A stretch of DNA of 64,000 nt, from the NCBI GenBank assembly GCA_951406725.2, contig OX597830.1:68882001-68946000 (forward strand), read 5' to 3'. This DNA comes from Octopus vulgaris (Eukaryota). Below the pieces are notes generated by a model. The model was not told the DNA's origin and did not search any database. It saw only the letters and a program-made list of their open reading frames with translations. Shown in pieces: positions 25,501-38,900 of the stretch. Position numbers and translations under genes: made by a program. The stretch's first letter is position 1; each line of letters opens with the position of its first letter.

Positions 25501-28500
25501 CTTTCTACATCAATTCTAAGGAAACTTAAAGCTGATATCAGAGAGAAAATTATTAAAAAATATGAAAACGAATTGGAAGATGTGATAGATAACATGATTG
25601 ACTATGTGTTGGAGTTCCTAAAACGACCAAACTTGATAACTGTTTATGATAAAGACTCAGTTGAAGACTTTGATCTAGCAATTTTCAAGGCTGTGTTCAA
25701 AGGTAAGACATATTTAAAAATTATATTTTCAGCTTTTGATATTTTCCAATCAATTTGACTTTCATTACATATGATTTTAATTTAAATTAGTTGTTACTAA
25801 TTACACTAATTTATACACCAACCAAAAAGTTCAGAGTTAGTTTTAGCATGAAACATTAAAAAACTAATTTAGGATGAAATATTTAGGGAAACAATAATAA
25901 TATTATGTGAGGTATATTTTCCATCTCAATATGGCTAACCACTAAGGGTGGGTGTTTCTGTAGCTTGTAGCCCCAGGAGAACATCTTCTCCAGCTGGCTA
26001 TTGACACACTTTCTGTGATCTATCGGTATTTGCAAAGGGAAGCCATCCTACAGTAATTATTAACCCTAACCCTGAAATCTATTTTCTCTTGTCACTACTC
26101 TCTATCTAAACACCCCTAACCCCTCTTCATAATACACTTAGTTCTCCAGAAAATCATTCCATCTTTAAACTTCATCCTGTCAATACCTCAAATACCTAAA
26201 ATTCATCCCTGAAGACGGGGGCGGTGTTATCTGATGATAGAACCAAGTAACTATCATTATTCCGGACCACCAGACCCAGAAACAGCGGTTAGGCTCATAA
26301 AACTCAATCCATTTAACTCCTGATAACATTTATACTCTGTGGAAGTCGTACTATATCCATACACATGTACATTATTTGTATTAAATTTATTTAATATTCT
26401 GTGTAAATCGACTTCCTAACTTGCTTGTCCTTAAATTTTCTCTCTCACACACACATATATGTTTATATAAATCATAAATGTCAGTAGGTATAGGAGCTGA
26501 ATTTATTTAACTTTTAGTAATCTTTATGATTACGCGAGCTTTTTAGCCTTCTTCATATATTAAGACTATTCTCGTGTTGTTTTATTACATGCAGTAGTCA
26601 TCCACTCTTTGTGTCTAAATACTTTGCTATTCCAACTGTCGTTGTTTTATAGTAATTATCTATCTGTATAAAGGCCACGGCCTCCTTCTGAGCGGGGTAG
26701 ATATATTCTGTTTGAGTTTGCTTTGGGGTGTGACTTCGATACGCTGTTAGAAGTTTTCCAGCTTTTCTATCTAGGTTTCTCAATTCACTGATCTTCCAGT
26801 ATATTTTGTCAAAGCTGTAGTTTATGACTGGTATCGCTTGCCCGTTTATCTCTATTATCTTATTTTTAGTATTAAGTTCAGAGTTTAATATTGGTCTAAT
26901 TTCCTCTCATTTCGGTGTGCTGCGTTTTAGCTGTTTCGTTTATTCCTAGATATTTGTATGGGTGCTTGTAGTCTAATTCTCTAATTTCTGTGTCTATGTC
27001 GAGTGCAGGGTTTTCAATGCTGAATAATTTACCTCTTCTCAGTGGGATTCTGGTACATTTGTCCAGCCCCATACTCATTCCGATATCATTGCTGAAACAC
27101 TGAGCAATTTTTCTAAGGTTTCTCTGTTTCCATGGTGATTTTAGCAAAACGTTTTAGGTCATCCATGTACAGGAGATGGCTTATTTTTTGTACATAGCAC
27201 CTGTTACACATGGTGGTTTCGTGTGACACGTTTGTGAGTGGGGTCAGAGAAAGGCAGAAAAGTAGGGGTGATAGTAAATCTCCTTGGAGAATCCTTCTTT
27301 TTATGGGTATAGGGTAGGTTTTAATAAGTTGTGAATCATATTTTAAATGTTATATTGGTCTTCCAGTTTGCCATTGCATGTTTAATATATTTTAGCGATG
27401 GTGGAGCTACCTTATTTGTGTGGAGAGATTCCAGTATCTATGAGTGTGGAACACTGTCGAATGCTTTCTGGTAATCAATCCAAGTCATGTTCATATTTGT
27501 CTTTCTCCTCTTACAGTTCTCTATTATGGTTCGGTTTTCTAGAAGACCATACATCCTTACAACCATACATCCTTCTCCAGCATCCTTTTTGTTTTTCTGG
27601 TAAAACGTTATTTACCATGTGATTTATAAGTCAGTTATAGATGACTGATGTTAGGGTTTTGTAGAGTGTTGATAGACATGTTATTGGTCTGTAATTTCAT
27701 GAGTGTATGGTGTCGTTGTTTTGGAGAATTAGGATGTTTTGTCCTTCCAGCATACAGTTTGGGGATGATTCTGGCTCACTTGTCAACAAATTCAGTACTG
27801 TGCTAAGTGGTTATGTGTATTGGTGAGGTGTTTCAACCAGAAGGTGGGGATCTTGTCTATCTCTGGAGTTTTCCAGTTGATGATACTCCTCAGTGTATCC
27901 ATGGTATCGTGGCCTGTGATGGTGGACCATATCTGTTGTTCTATTGCGTTCTTTCCTTTTCCCTATTAATCCACTGAACATTTTTGTTGTGCTTTATGGG
28001 TTGCTCCATATTGCTTGTTGTTGGCGTGGCATTTCTTGCTATTTTTTTTTGTTTGACTTTATGATAATAATTATTATTATTGTTGTTGTTGTTGTTGTTA
28101 TTTTGGTTTGGCTCAAGTTCGGTTTTATTTTGGTTAGGAATTATACAGATATCGAGTTACTTTCTGTAACGTTCAGTAGCCACAATTTTTACAGCAGTCT
28201 TTCAAGTGCTTAGAATCCTCCTGATAATTCTTGCTGTCCCTTAAAAACAAACCTACTGTAGGAACTCTACCAGGCATTATATTTCAATCTCCCTCAGTCA
28301 TTTGTCTATAGCTTGGCTTACTCTTCCCAAAGAACCAATTATTATATGAACGACCTTTACTGTTTGCATGCTCCAAATTCTTCCTATTTCTAATTTTAGG
28401 GGATTGTATTTTTTTGTTTTTCTTCAACTTTTTTTATGAACCTGGAATCAAACGGGCATGATGGGTCAATTAGTAAGCAAAGTCACTTTTCCTTATCTAT

Positions 28501-29889
28501 AATATTTATGTCTGGTCTATCATTTTAAATTTCTCGTCCCTTCGAATAGGAAAGTCCCACAAAGCCATACATTTCTCCGGCTACAGTACTCTTTCAACTC
28601 AATGATTATACCATGTGTTTCCAGGTTCAAAATCCCCATTTCTGTCACAGTTTCCAGTGTATAACATTTACAACTTTGTCGTGCCTCCATTTCTTATATT
28701 CTTACTGTGCCAAATTGGGGCATTCTGTCTTGTTCCAAGTTTCACAGGCTCTACACATTTCTGACAAATTCTGTACATATATATTTTTTTTCTCAAATTG
28801 TTTGTCTCTATCACTTGATTTTAGGCTGCTATAATTAGGCTCCCTGTTTCTTTATTAACATCCTCTTTTTAAAAAAAAGCCCAGGATTTTGTTTCACGTA
28901 TGACTTCAGTGGCTCTCTAAAATTAGCCATGCAGAGTTTATTAAATATTTGGATTTAATAAAAGAACATTTAAATATCGACTGACTGTTTGTTCTAAAAT
29001 CTATATTACAGCGCAGAACAACAACTTAGAAAATTTGAGGCTCGCATTTGTGTGGGACAGAAGTTATATCGTAAAACGTCTAATATTTGAAAAGACTCAG
29101 CAGAAAGTAAGATAATATATTTTTATCACTTCATGTTGTGAACCATTAATAAATCGACTTTTACTTCTGCTAGAAAGGAAGGAAAGTATTTCAAATACAT
29201 TCCTAACTAATGTTATGAATGTATTTCAAAAATTTTTTAATGGTAAATTTTAATAATTTGAATGCTTGTAAAATATTTATTGTTTATTTCTCTATAGTTT
29301 TCACCATTCTTTCCCCACTATTTCACTCTCCATACGTATATAAATATATATATGCACCTGCACATAATTATAAATGTTGCAAATATTACGAAGAAACAAA
29401 ACAAAAGCAACGTAAAACATATACACTGAGTTGGTATTAGTTTGGTGGAAAAAAGAAAAAGAAAGTATTTATATTTCAAGTATTCGCTCTTCTTCTGAAA
29501 GATAGGATAGACATGGAAAGAACAGAACGTAGCAGGGTAATTTGAGAAATTGAAATACACATATGTCCAACAATCATGGAAGGGTGGACGACTGGAAGAA
29601 TTAGAAAGATCGCTTTAGGCGGGAGTGACGTGAGGGAGAACTATGCACCTGGCATATGTTTCTGTGTGAGTGGGGGCCGAGCATGTTTAGTTGTTAGTAT
29701 GTGTATGACGCTATGTACGTTTGCGTGTGTATCTGTATATAATATCTTGTTAATGATGTGTGCATATGAGTAATAAGTGGAAAAGTGTGAGGTGGCAGGT
29801 ATATGTAAGAAGTGGTAAAAAAAGGGAAGGGTTAAATGTAGAGAGGTTGGGAAATAAGATCATTGGGGAAAGAAGCCTAGAAAGTGCAA

Positions 29890-29963
<74 letters not shown>

Positions 29964-32900
29964 ATGTGTGCAGCACGATTAAAATGCAACCTACATGTGT
30001 TTCCTAATCAGCTGATCCTCTGATGTGATAATTACTCAACGAGACATACTTAACGTAGATAATAATCAGGCTGAAAATACCTTAATCACCTGAAGGTTAC
30101 TTTGTCGCCTGGAAATTCCAAGTTACCTCACCACAGACCGTTAACTCACATTTGTAGCGTATTAATCTTGAATTCCCAAGCGGCAATGTAACCTTCATAT
30201 AATTAATGTATTCTTAGTTTGATGAACAGCTTAGATGAGTACCATTTTGAGTAATTATTACATCAGAGGTTATGTAGACTGGATTTCCACTCTCTTAATT
30301 TGGATTTTATACGCATTCATAACAACTCTATTTTCTAACCGTGAGCTGTACAGAACGTTTCAGCTTATTGAATTTCCTCGTAACTTTAATATGGGAAAAG
30401 TGTGTAACATTCAACACCAATAAATTGATATTATTTCTAATCATACACTGTCCACTCTTTGCATTCTGTACCTGCTATGGACCGTTTGATGGTTAAAAAT
30501 TTCCGACACTTTGATTCCTGGATCTTACCCTTATATAACTGTATATATACACATAGGTACTCAAATCAATATTAGCTGTAGATCCAACCTAGTGATGTCA
30601 AACTGTATCCTATGTATAACATGAAAAAAGCGTGGTTCAAAATTCACAACGGCTGTTTCGGTAGCATTTCATTTACGCATTCTTAGACTAATATCAGTGC
30701 AAAGCCCTGTCAACTTCAGGTAGATTTCAATCATACAAACAGGTAATGCAGAAAGATCACGTGTAGTCATACAAAATAAAATAAGTATACAGAAAAAATG
30801 TTGTTTTTTTCTGTATTCCGTATTTCTTACTGTTATACAAATTATATAGGTAAATATATTCACTCAGTCATATATCTATATACACATAGACATAGACACA
30901 TATTTACAAATATATGTACATATATGAACATATACTTACACGTGTGTGCGTGTATATATATTCATGTGTGTGTGTCGGGCGCCTACCAGCGCTCTGTGGA
31001 TCAGTTGGACTTTTCCAAGCGTCCCCAACATCTGAACATCTCCCAGCAGAACTCTTGGCTCTTTGATATCTCTGATGCCGCAAAGACATCATCATAAAAC
31101 CGGCCAACAAGGGTGGAGCCGCTGTGGTGTGGCGCACGGACCTCTACAAGGCTGAGGCTCTCCTGCCAACTTCAAGACAACTCCTCCTACGGCCCTCTGC
31201 CCTCCAACCCCACGCCTAGCAACCAACAGACGGTGTCCTCCACTATCCATGACCTCATCTTCAACTCCTATCTCCCCATCGCATCCAACTTCATCCCCAC
31301 AATTTATTTTCTTCCTAAAATCCACAAACCTAGCAACCTTGGCCACCCATCGTCTCCGCCTGTAACTGTCCCACGGAACTCATCTCAAAATATCTTGATC
31401 GTGTCCTTGGTCCCCTAGTGGCTTTTCTCCCTTTACACATCCATGACACTAATCAACTCTTTCTCCTTCCCTCTTGGCCCCGCTAAACTTCTCTTCACTT
31501 TTGACATCAAGAGCTTATTTCCCACACCACGAGGGGCTTCTTGCCCTCAAAAACTACCCAGACCTTCAAGCTAACCCCAACCTTACACATCCACTTATCT
31601 TCGTCTGGCCGAACTTGTTCTCTCCCTTACCTGCTTTTCGTTTGCGGGGGATTTTACGAACAGATTTCGGGAGTGGCTATGTGATCGACAATTGGCCCCA
31701 ACTATGCAAACCTGTTCGTTGACTATGTTGAGGCCCAAATATTTTCAAGATTCACTGGTCCCACTCCCGAACTATATAGTTGCTATATTGATGACTGTAT
31801 CGATGCGACCTCGCTCTCCCGCAAAGAACAAGACTCCTTCCTCTCTTTTGTCCAATATTTCCATCCTGCGCTATTCCCAACACTTCCTGTCTCACCATTT
31901 CGGTCAGCATTCATCACTCCAGTGTTAACACCTCCATCCACTACAAACACACCGACTCACACTCATACCTCAACTTCTCCTCCTCCCACCCTAAACACAC
32001 CAAGCTCTCCATCCCCTAGGCCCAATTCCTCCGTCTGCGCAGGCTCTGCAGTGATAACCATAACTTTGAGACTCACTCTCAACTCCTGTCTCGCCACTTC
32101 ATCCTTCGTGGATATCCCCTCACTACTATCCACACCGCCCTTGCCAGAGCACTTCTGTGTGCCGTGCATCTGTTCTCTTTCCCCACAACCGCCCTGCCAT
32201 TACTTGTCTCCCGTTTCCCTTCACCTACCACCCCTCCACCCTTCCTCTCCAATGCGCCATTCTCCGTGCCTTCGAGTGACTCCAGTCCGATCCTTCCACT
32301 TCTCACATCTCCCCTAGTATATCCTTTCCCTCCTTTAAACGAGCCCACAACCTACGTGACCTCCTGGTCCATAGTTTCTTCCCTAGCCCCACCTCCCAAC
32401 ACGGCTCGTTCCCTGCTCCTGCCCCCGCTGCCGCACTTGTCCTTACCTCTCCAACACCACCATCCTCACAGACACACATCATCGTCCCTATCATATCACT
32501 GACTCCTTCACCTGCACTTCTAGCAACGTCACTTACTGCATGTCCTGCTCTCTCTGTCCTTCTCTGTACGTCGGTCAAACGGAACGCCGCTTGGGTGACC
32601 GGTTTGCGGAACACTCGTTTATTCATACGAACGTAACTGAGATGAAATATGTCATAAATAACAGTGACAAACGAAATATACACCGCCGGAAGTTGTTGTT
32701 GACAAACAACAGCAGTAATTTTGAGCTGAATACACGTCGCTGATTGGTTGAAATTACCGAAATACGACAAATTTAACACGAAATAACTTTGAAAATAGAA
32801 ACTTTTCTCAACAACGCTAAGAGTAAAAGATGGAGGCCAACAAATCATCCATGTTAAAACAACGTTTTCTTTGATTTTGTACAAACAAAAAGATAAAAAT

Positions 32901-35900
32901 AATTGAACGTCTAACGCAATCTTCGAACAACTCGTCCCCATTTTTAAATCCTTGTATGTTGGATAAGTAATTAAACGAAGCAGAGGAAAAAGTATTTACA
33001 TGAAGGAATACTATTACTGTTACAAGCGGGTAAACGATCTCTGCCACAGACCACAGTTAATTGCTTACCAATCAATCGCTGTCAATCAACTGCTAATGAC
33101 TGGGCAGTTGTCTATTCTATTTAATAGAAATGAGCCTGTTCACCTTTATTCATCGGGTGGTGGAGTCGGAATCCAGCTCCACAAAACCAAGTTTATAAAG
33201 TTAAAAGTTCAATTTATTTTTGTGAAGGCTGCAGAATATTTAATAACAGAACCACTTTGTCTGTACTCCGTCTACCCTTCTTTTTAGTCATTTTTAGAGG
33301 TCTCATATAACTTTCCCAGTCTGACATTTGTTACAAATTTTACACAGAAGTTTAAATTGGTCAAATGAAGTTCTTTTGACATCATGTGGAACTGTTTCTC
33401 ACCAGAAGATTTCATCCATTCAAATCCTGTGTGAAATGCAATGTACCATAGTAAAACTTATAAATAAGAAAAGAAGAAATCGTGTATATCTGTGTTAATA
33501 TGGATAGGATAATTGTGGTTACTCTCATATCTTGTACTGTTTATATTCAGTTATGGCTTCTCTGTATAATTTGTTGTAAAATTTAAAGACTCTGCGATAT
33601 TGCATCAATGTGAAAAGTTGAAACTACATCATTCCTTCTAAAATTCCATATCATTTCTTTTATTTTCAGGAAGATGATGTGGACACTTCAGAAGAAGCGA
33701 GGTAATGCAAGAAATATATCCCTAAATCTGGTAACATATAAGTGCATATATGGAAGGGTTTCAGTAAAAATATATAAGTGATCAAAATTTTTGATTTGCT
33801 GAGATTATACTGTAATTAGTAGATAAAAACTTCTGGGGATGTTAATAAACCCTAATGGCCAAGGGAGATAACTCTTACGATCAATTGTTGATTATTATAC
33901 AACACTATTCTCGTAATTTGTTGGAAATATACCAAATTGCTACACTTTGAAACCTTACTCTGTTTCATCATTGGTATTATTCATGAATTGTCGAAGGATT
34001 GAAACTAACAGTGGGATCAAAAATGCAAAGTTTGGTTGGCACCCATCATTTGTCTACACTTATCTCTCTTAAGATAGCTATAGCATTAATAATTTTAACA
34101 ATCAGACTAATTTTTGGGGGGGTGGGATGAAAGAAGTTAAATTTTGTGATATTGATTTCATTCTCTATTCTGTAAGAAACAATTCAATGTAATTTAAGCA
34201 AAAGTTAAAACTGGTTTGTGAACTTAATGAGAAATCCATAACATCTGCTAATGATGTTCCTAATTATATTCAAGCATAGAATGAGTGAGAGAGAGAGAGA
34301 GGGGGAGTCAGAAAGAGATGCAGAGTGACAAAGAGAGAAACAGAAAGAAGGAGAGACCGAGTGACAGAGCGACAGGAAAAGACGGAGAGAGAAAGCGAGA
34401 GAGAGAAGGAACGAGAGAGACAGAAAGAAAAAGAGAGAGAGATTTATTGATTTTGAAATTTTACTTTTCTGGCAAGACATTTGATTGTAATTTTGTGTGA
34501 AGAAACTAAGATGACCTCATCATGGATGATGAATGAGAGCCACCACAACATATATAGTTGTGAGAACTTTATTATTTTTTCTTACTTATTATTAAATATG
34601 AAAAAATCTCAAAAGGTTACATGAAACCCATGCTACTTTGGCAGTTTGGGATGAAGATCAAAATGTCTAGTTTATTGTTACTTAACAATTCTATAGATTC
34701 CAGTTTCCCCTCCTTCCTAAGTTATTGTGGCTAAGCAGCAATCAAAGCATGAAATCCTCTTAGTCCACATCAGCAAAAATAATTCAAAGAAACAAAAATA
34801 TGATAATATAAAGCAAAGTCAGTGTTTTAAGCCAAGTGGAAATGGAAAAAGACAACAAAGATTGAAGCAAAAGACTTCTTCCAAGAGAGAGAGAGAATAT
34901 GAAAGGAAGAAGAAGAGGATTATCCATGTTTTATTTCAGATAGTTATCATGGCAATGGATACAGGAAGTGATAGTAGGTATGTGATTTCTAGTTGAGGAG
35001 AGTGGAGATGAGTTGTTGATGTCCATGTGGAACTCAGGTAAAAAGAAATAAGGTAAGAGTAAATAGTAACAGGTGTGTGTCTCTATACAATATGCATATG
35101 GGAAAGGGAAGGAGTAAGATTCAAGTAGTGTGAATATGTGTGTATGTACATCTGTGGTGGATGGGAAATGAAGGAAGGACTTGGAGAAAAACAGAAATAA
35201 ATTTAAATTCCAGTGGTGGATAATAGCCACAAAGGGAGAGTTAATCAGGTTTAGCAGAAGGGATGGGGGAAAGAGAAAGAAAAGAATTAGGGGAAACTAA
35301 TTAATGGTTAATTATAAAATTTGATTGGTGTATGAACTCTAGCATTGGAGAAATTTGTAAACTCCACCAGCATGTTGACAGGCTCTGTGCATGTGGATGT
35401 GTGTATGTGTGTGTGTGTGTGTGTATGTGTGTGTCCATAGATGAATATATTCATTAATTTTGATGTTGTACTTGTTTGTCAAATGACTTTATCTGAGGCT
35501 GAATGTTGAACCCCGAAACAATTGCGTCAAGGAAATGTCATGATAGTCATCACATCACACATCTCCTAACTCTAATCAGGATGAAAACATTTTCTAATTT
35601 AAACATAAGGCTAACAATATTTAAGAGAAGGTCTTAATCTATACCATGAACCTCAGTACTTGACTGCTATTTTATTTTATCAATGCCCAAGAGGATGAAA
35701 GATAATGATAGCCTCAGCAGGATTTGAACCCAGAACATTAAGGATCAGAAGAAATATGCTCAAACAATTCTACCACCTCATTGCCTTATTTCCATTATAT
35801 TTAAAATACTGAGAAAAATTTAATTCATTTTAATGAATATCAAGAAATCATTAGCTCATTGTCTGATACTAATTTAATGCAATTTCTGGTTCCTGGCTTA

Positions 35901-38900
35901 CTTTTCTCTTTCTCAGACAAACATAACTTTCTTCATACTTATACAATGAAATATAAGAGAATCATTATGCTGATTTACAATGCTCTACATGAGAAGACGT
36001 CAAAACATTTTTATTATAATGATTGAAGGAAATAACACAGAACTCCATAACTACAGAAAATAGCAATCAAGTTAATGATACAATAATGTAGTGATGAGAA
36101 ATTTGCTTCTAACTTAAGTATAAGGCCAACAGTTTAAGGTGAAGGAATTAGTCAATAACACCAACTTCATTACTTAACTGGTACTTTATTTTATTAACAC
36201 CAGAAGGATAATAAGCGAAGCTGATCTCAATGGGATTTGAACTTAGTATATAAAAAGCTGGAACTAATACCACAAGACATTTTTTGTGACCCTCTAATGA
36301 TCCTACTACAATAACTGTTTACATATTCTGGTCTAATTAGATTTCTTCAGCAAAGCATAGCCTTCTCTGCATATCTTTTCTCTACTTACTATATAAGTAT
36401 TATTAACAACTGTTTAACCCATCATTTATCTATTTCTGGATATGGATTTATGTCTCTATATCTGTAAATATTTATAGTTTTCACTAGGGTGGTTCTTTAT
36501 CTCTTGATTTTGTTATTTACCATTTTCTACCTTCCCTATCAGAATTTTACTTCAACTGTTTATTTGGTTTAGATCTGTCTATGAAAAAAGAATTAGTTCA
36601 TGTGATGAATTTGGTAAGGTAAAGTTTGAAAAAGGTGACCGGAAAATTGCAAAGGTAATTGTTTTTAATGTTCTCTTTATTTTTATTGACAACATCTGTT
36701 TGTAGAAATTTTATCCAATAATCAGTTCATTATTTTGTCATTGGATTTCTATAGCAGCAACGTTTTACACGGTTTTTGTGAATATTTTTAGATACTTTTT
36801 CATTTTTTGTACAGTTGGCTATTATTTTTCATGTTGGTGTATATGGATGGATAGCAATGCTCTTAGTGATTCTGAAAAGAAAAGACTTAAAAGTGCTACC
36901 ATTAAAGGTTATTATATGTGGAGATTACATGAAATAAAGATCTTCCCAACATTGATCCAGTAGAGGGCCTAGTGATTCTAGTTGGTAGCAATATGATAGA
37001 CAAAGTACTGAAGAATATGAAAGCAGGAGAAACCCCATGAACCATTAGGAATTGTTGCTATAATGTTTAAAATACTTGGCAGTGTGAGATATGGCTTTGT
37101 TATTTGTTACAGTCAATCGAATTTTACAGAAAAGTGGTATGCATAAGGACTTGCATTGTAGCATTACAGTGAACTGTTACAAGAATAAAGGAGATGCTAG
37201 AGAAAGTATAAAATTGCTGGACAAGAGCACAAAAGTTATGGAAACAACCACAGCTTAAGTAATTAGAGAAAAAGTTACACTAGACGAGATATAGTTTGGT
37301 TTTGTGCCATGGACAAGTACTAAATATGCCCTGCTTTTGGTGAAGTAACTGAAGGAGAAGTATCTGGGTAAAAGTAAGCTGCTGTATTTGACATTCATTA
37401 ACCAGCGGAAAACCTTTGACAGAATTCCTTACTTTGGAATCTGGTGGTCAAAAATGGGACTAGCAGCAGATGAATGGTTTATGAAAGCCACACACACCAT
37501 ATCGGTAATTTGTCATAGTTGTTTGCAAATAGTGAATTAAGACTTGAAATGTAAACGTCAGCTTAGAGAATGAGAGATTTTGCAAATGAAAACGGAAAAT
37601 GTCGCCTTTGCTAAGTCAGTACCGAAAGTTGACATTGAGAAACCTTTTTAAATAAGTGAATCATAAATATAAAATAATATTTATTTATTTTTAATTATAA
37701 AAATAATAAAAACCCTATTATATACCCGAGGTCAAATTATTTATGCATCTCAAGTATGGAAGTAATTCGTGCAGCCGTTTTCGCGTGAAAAGCGAATAGA
37801 CACACACGCACGCACACGCACACACACATACAGGTCTATTTTATACAAGAAGATGATACGTTTTCCTAGTTCATTTGAATGTTTTCAAGGGAAAATCTAA
37901 TAATTGGAGTTCACGCTTCCACAAATCTTTTAGCTTTTGCATAAAAGCGATCTTCCTGTGCTCAGATTGTACATATGCTTCATATAAATCTTTGTTCAAA
38001 TCGTATGTCCAATGTACACAGTGATTGTAGTCACGATTTGGTTGAAGGAGACTTATACGTCTAGCCATCAGGATTTTGTTAATTCATTGATATTTGTATT
38101 TGTTTTTCAAAATAGACAGTGATCTTTATTAAAAATTTTGACAATTTTTTGTCAGGATTAAATTAAAAGTTATTCACAGCTTGATTAATCTTTCAGGTTG
38201 TTTTTAAATCTACAATTGCATTGAAACGTACTTATTGAAATGTTACTTGACTTATTTCGTTATGTGTGTAACGTTAAAAGGCTGTGTTTACAAAAATGTG
38301 TTAAGATGTATAATAATGCTGCAATATCCGTAATATTCAAAACACTTATGAAGAATTAATCTTAAGTGATTTTACCGCACTCTGTAGCTTAACTTTTCCA
38401 ATATTTGGTACGTTGCTTTCATATGAGCAGGAATTACACACGTCTCGAGTATCGCTCTGACCATAACGGCCACCATGATGTATGTATGTATGTATGTATG
38501 TATGTGTGTATGTATGTACATGCAAGCACACATGCATACATGTACTTATGTTTTGTATCTACCACTTGGACAATAGTCTATTTTATTCTAATGATGTAAT
38601 GAATATGTTGATCTAAACTGAATTCCAATATTTCTTAACTGTATACCTCATCAATATTAGAATTGTATTCTGTTGTGGCAGAATTATTGGAATAAATATT
38701 ACAATATAGAATAGAATAATAGAATATTATGTAGAAAATAATTGTCTCGAGAAATGACTAATTCTAAATTTTATATTCTAAATTTTAAATCCATGGGTCT
38801 ATATTTGTGGTGAGGGGACTTGTGTGTTCCTTAGGTCTGAGAGAGCGTAACCATCTGGAGCTTCGCTCCTGGTAGGGCTGCATTAGACTGACAAGTCTTC

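Noticed and set aside
30218-30423. Possible terminal or MHR3 exon after A7 (ttcttag|FDEQLR*, or ORF 30235-30423)
   Set aside because: No TRPM similarity and an immediate stop. It cannot be excluded as an alternative last exon without RNA data, but nothing supports it.
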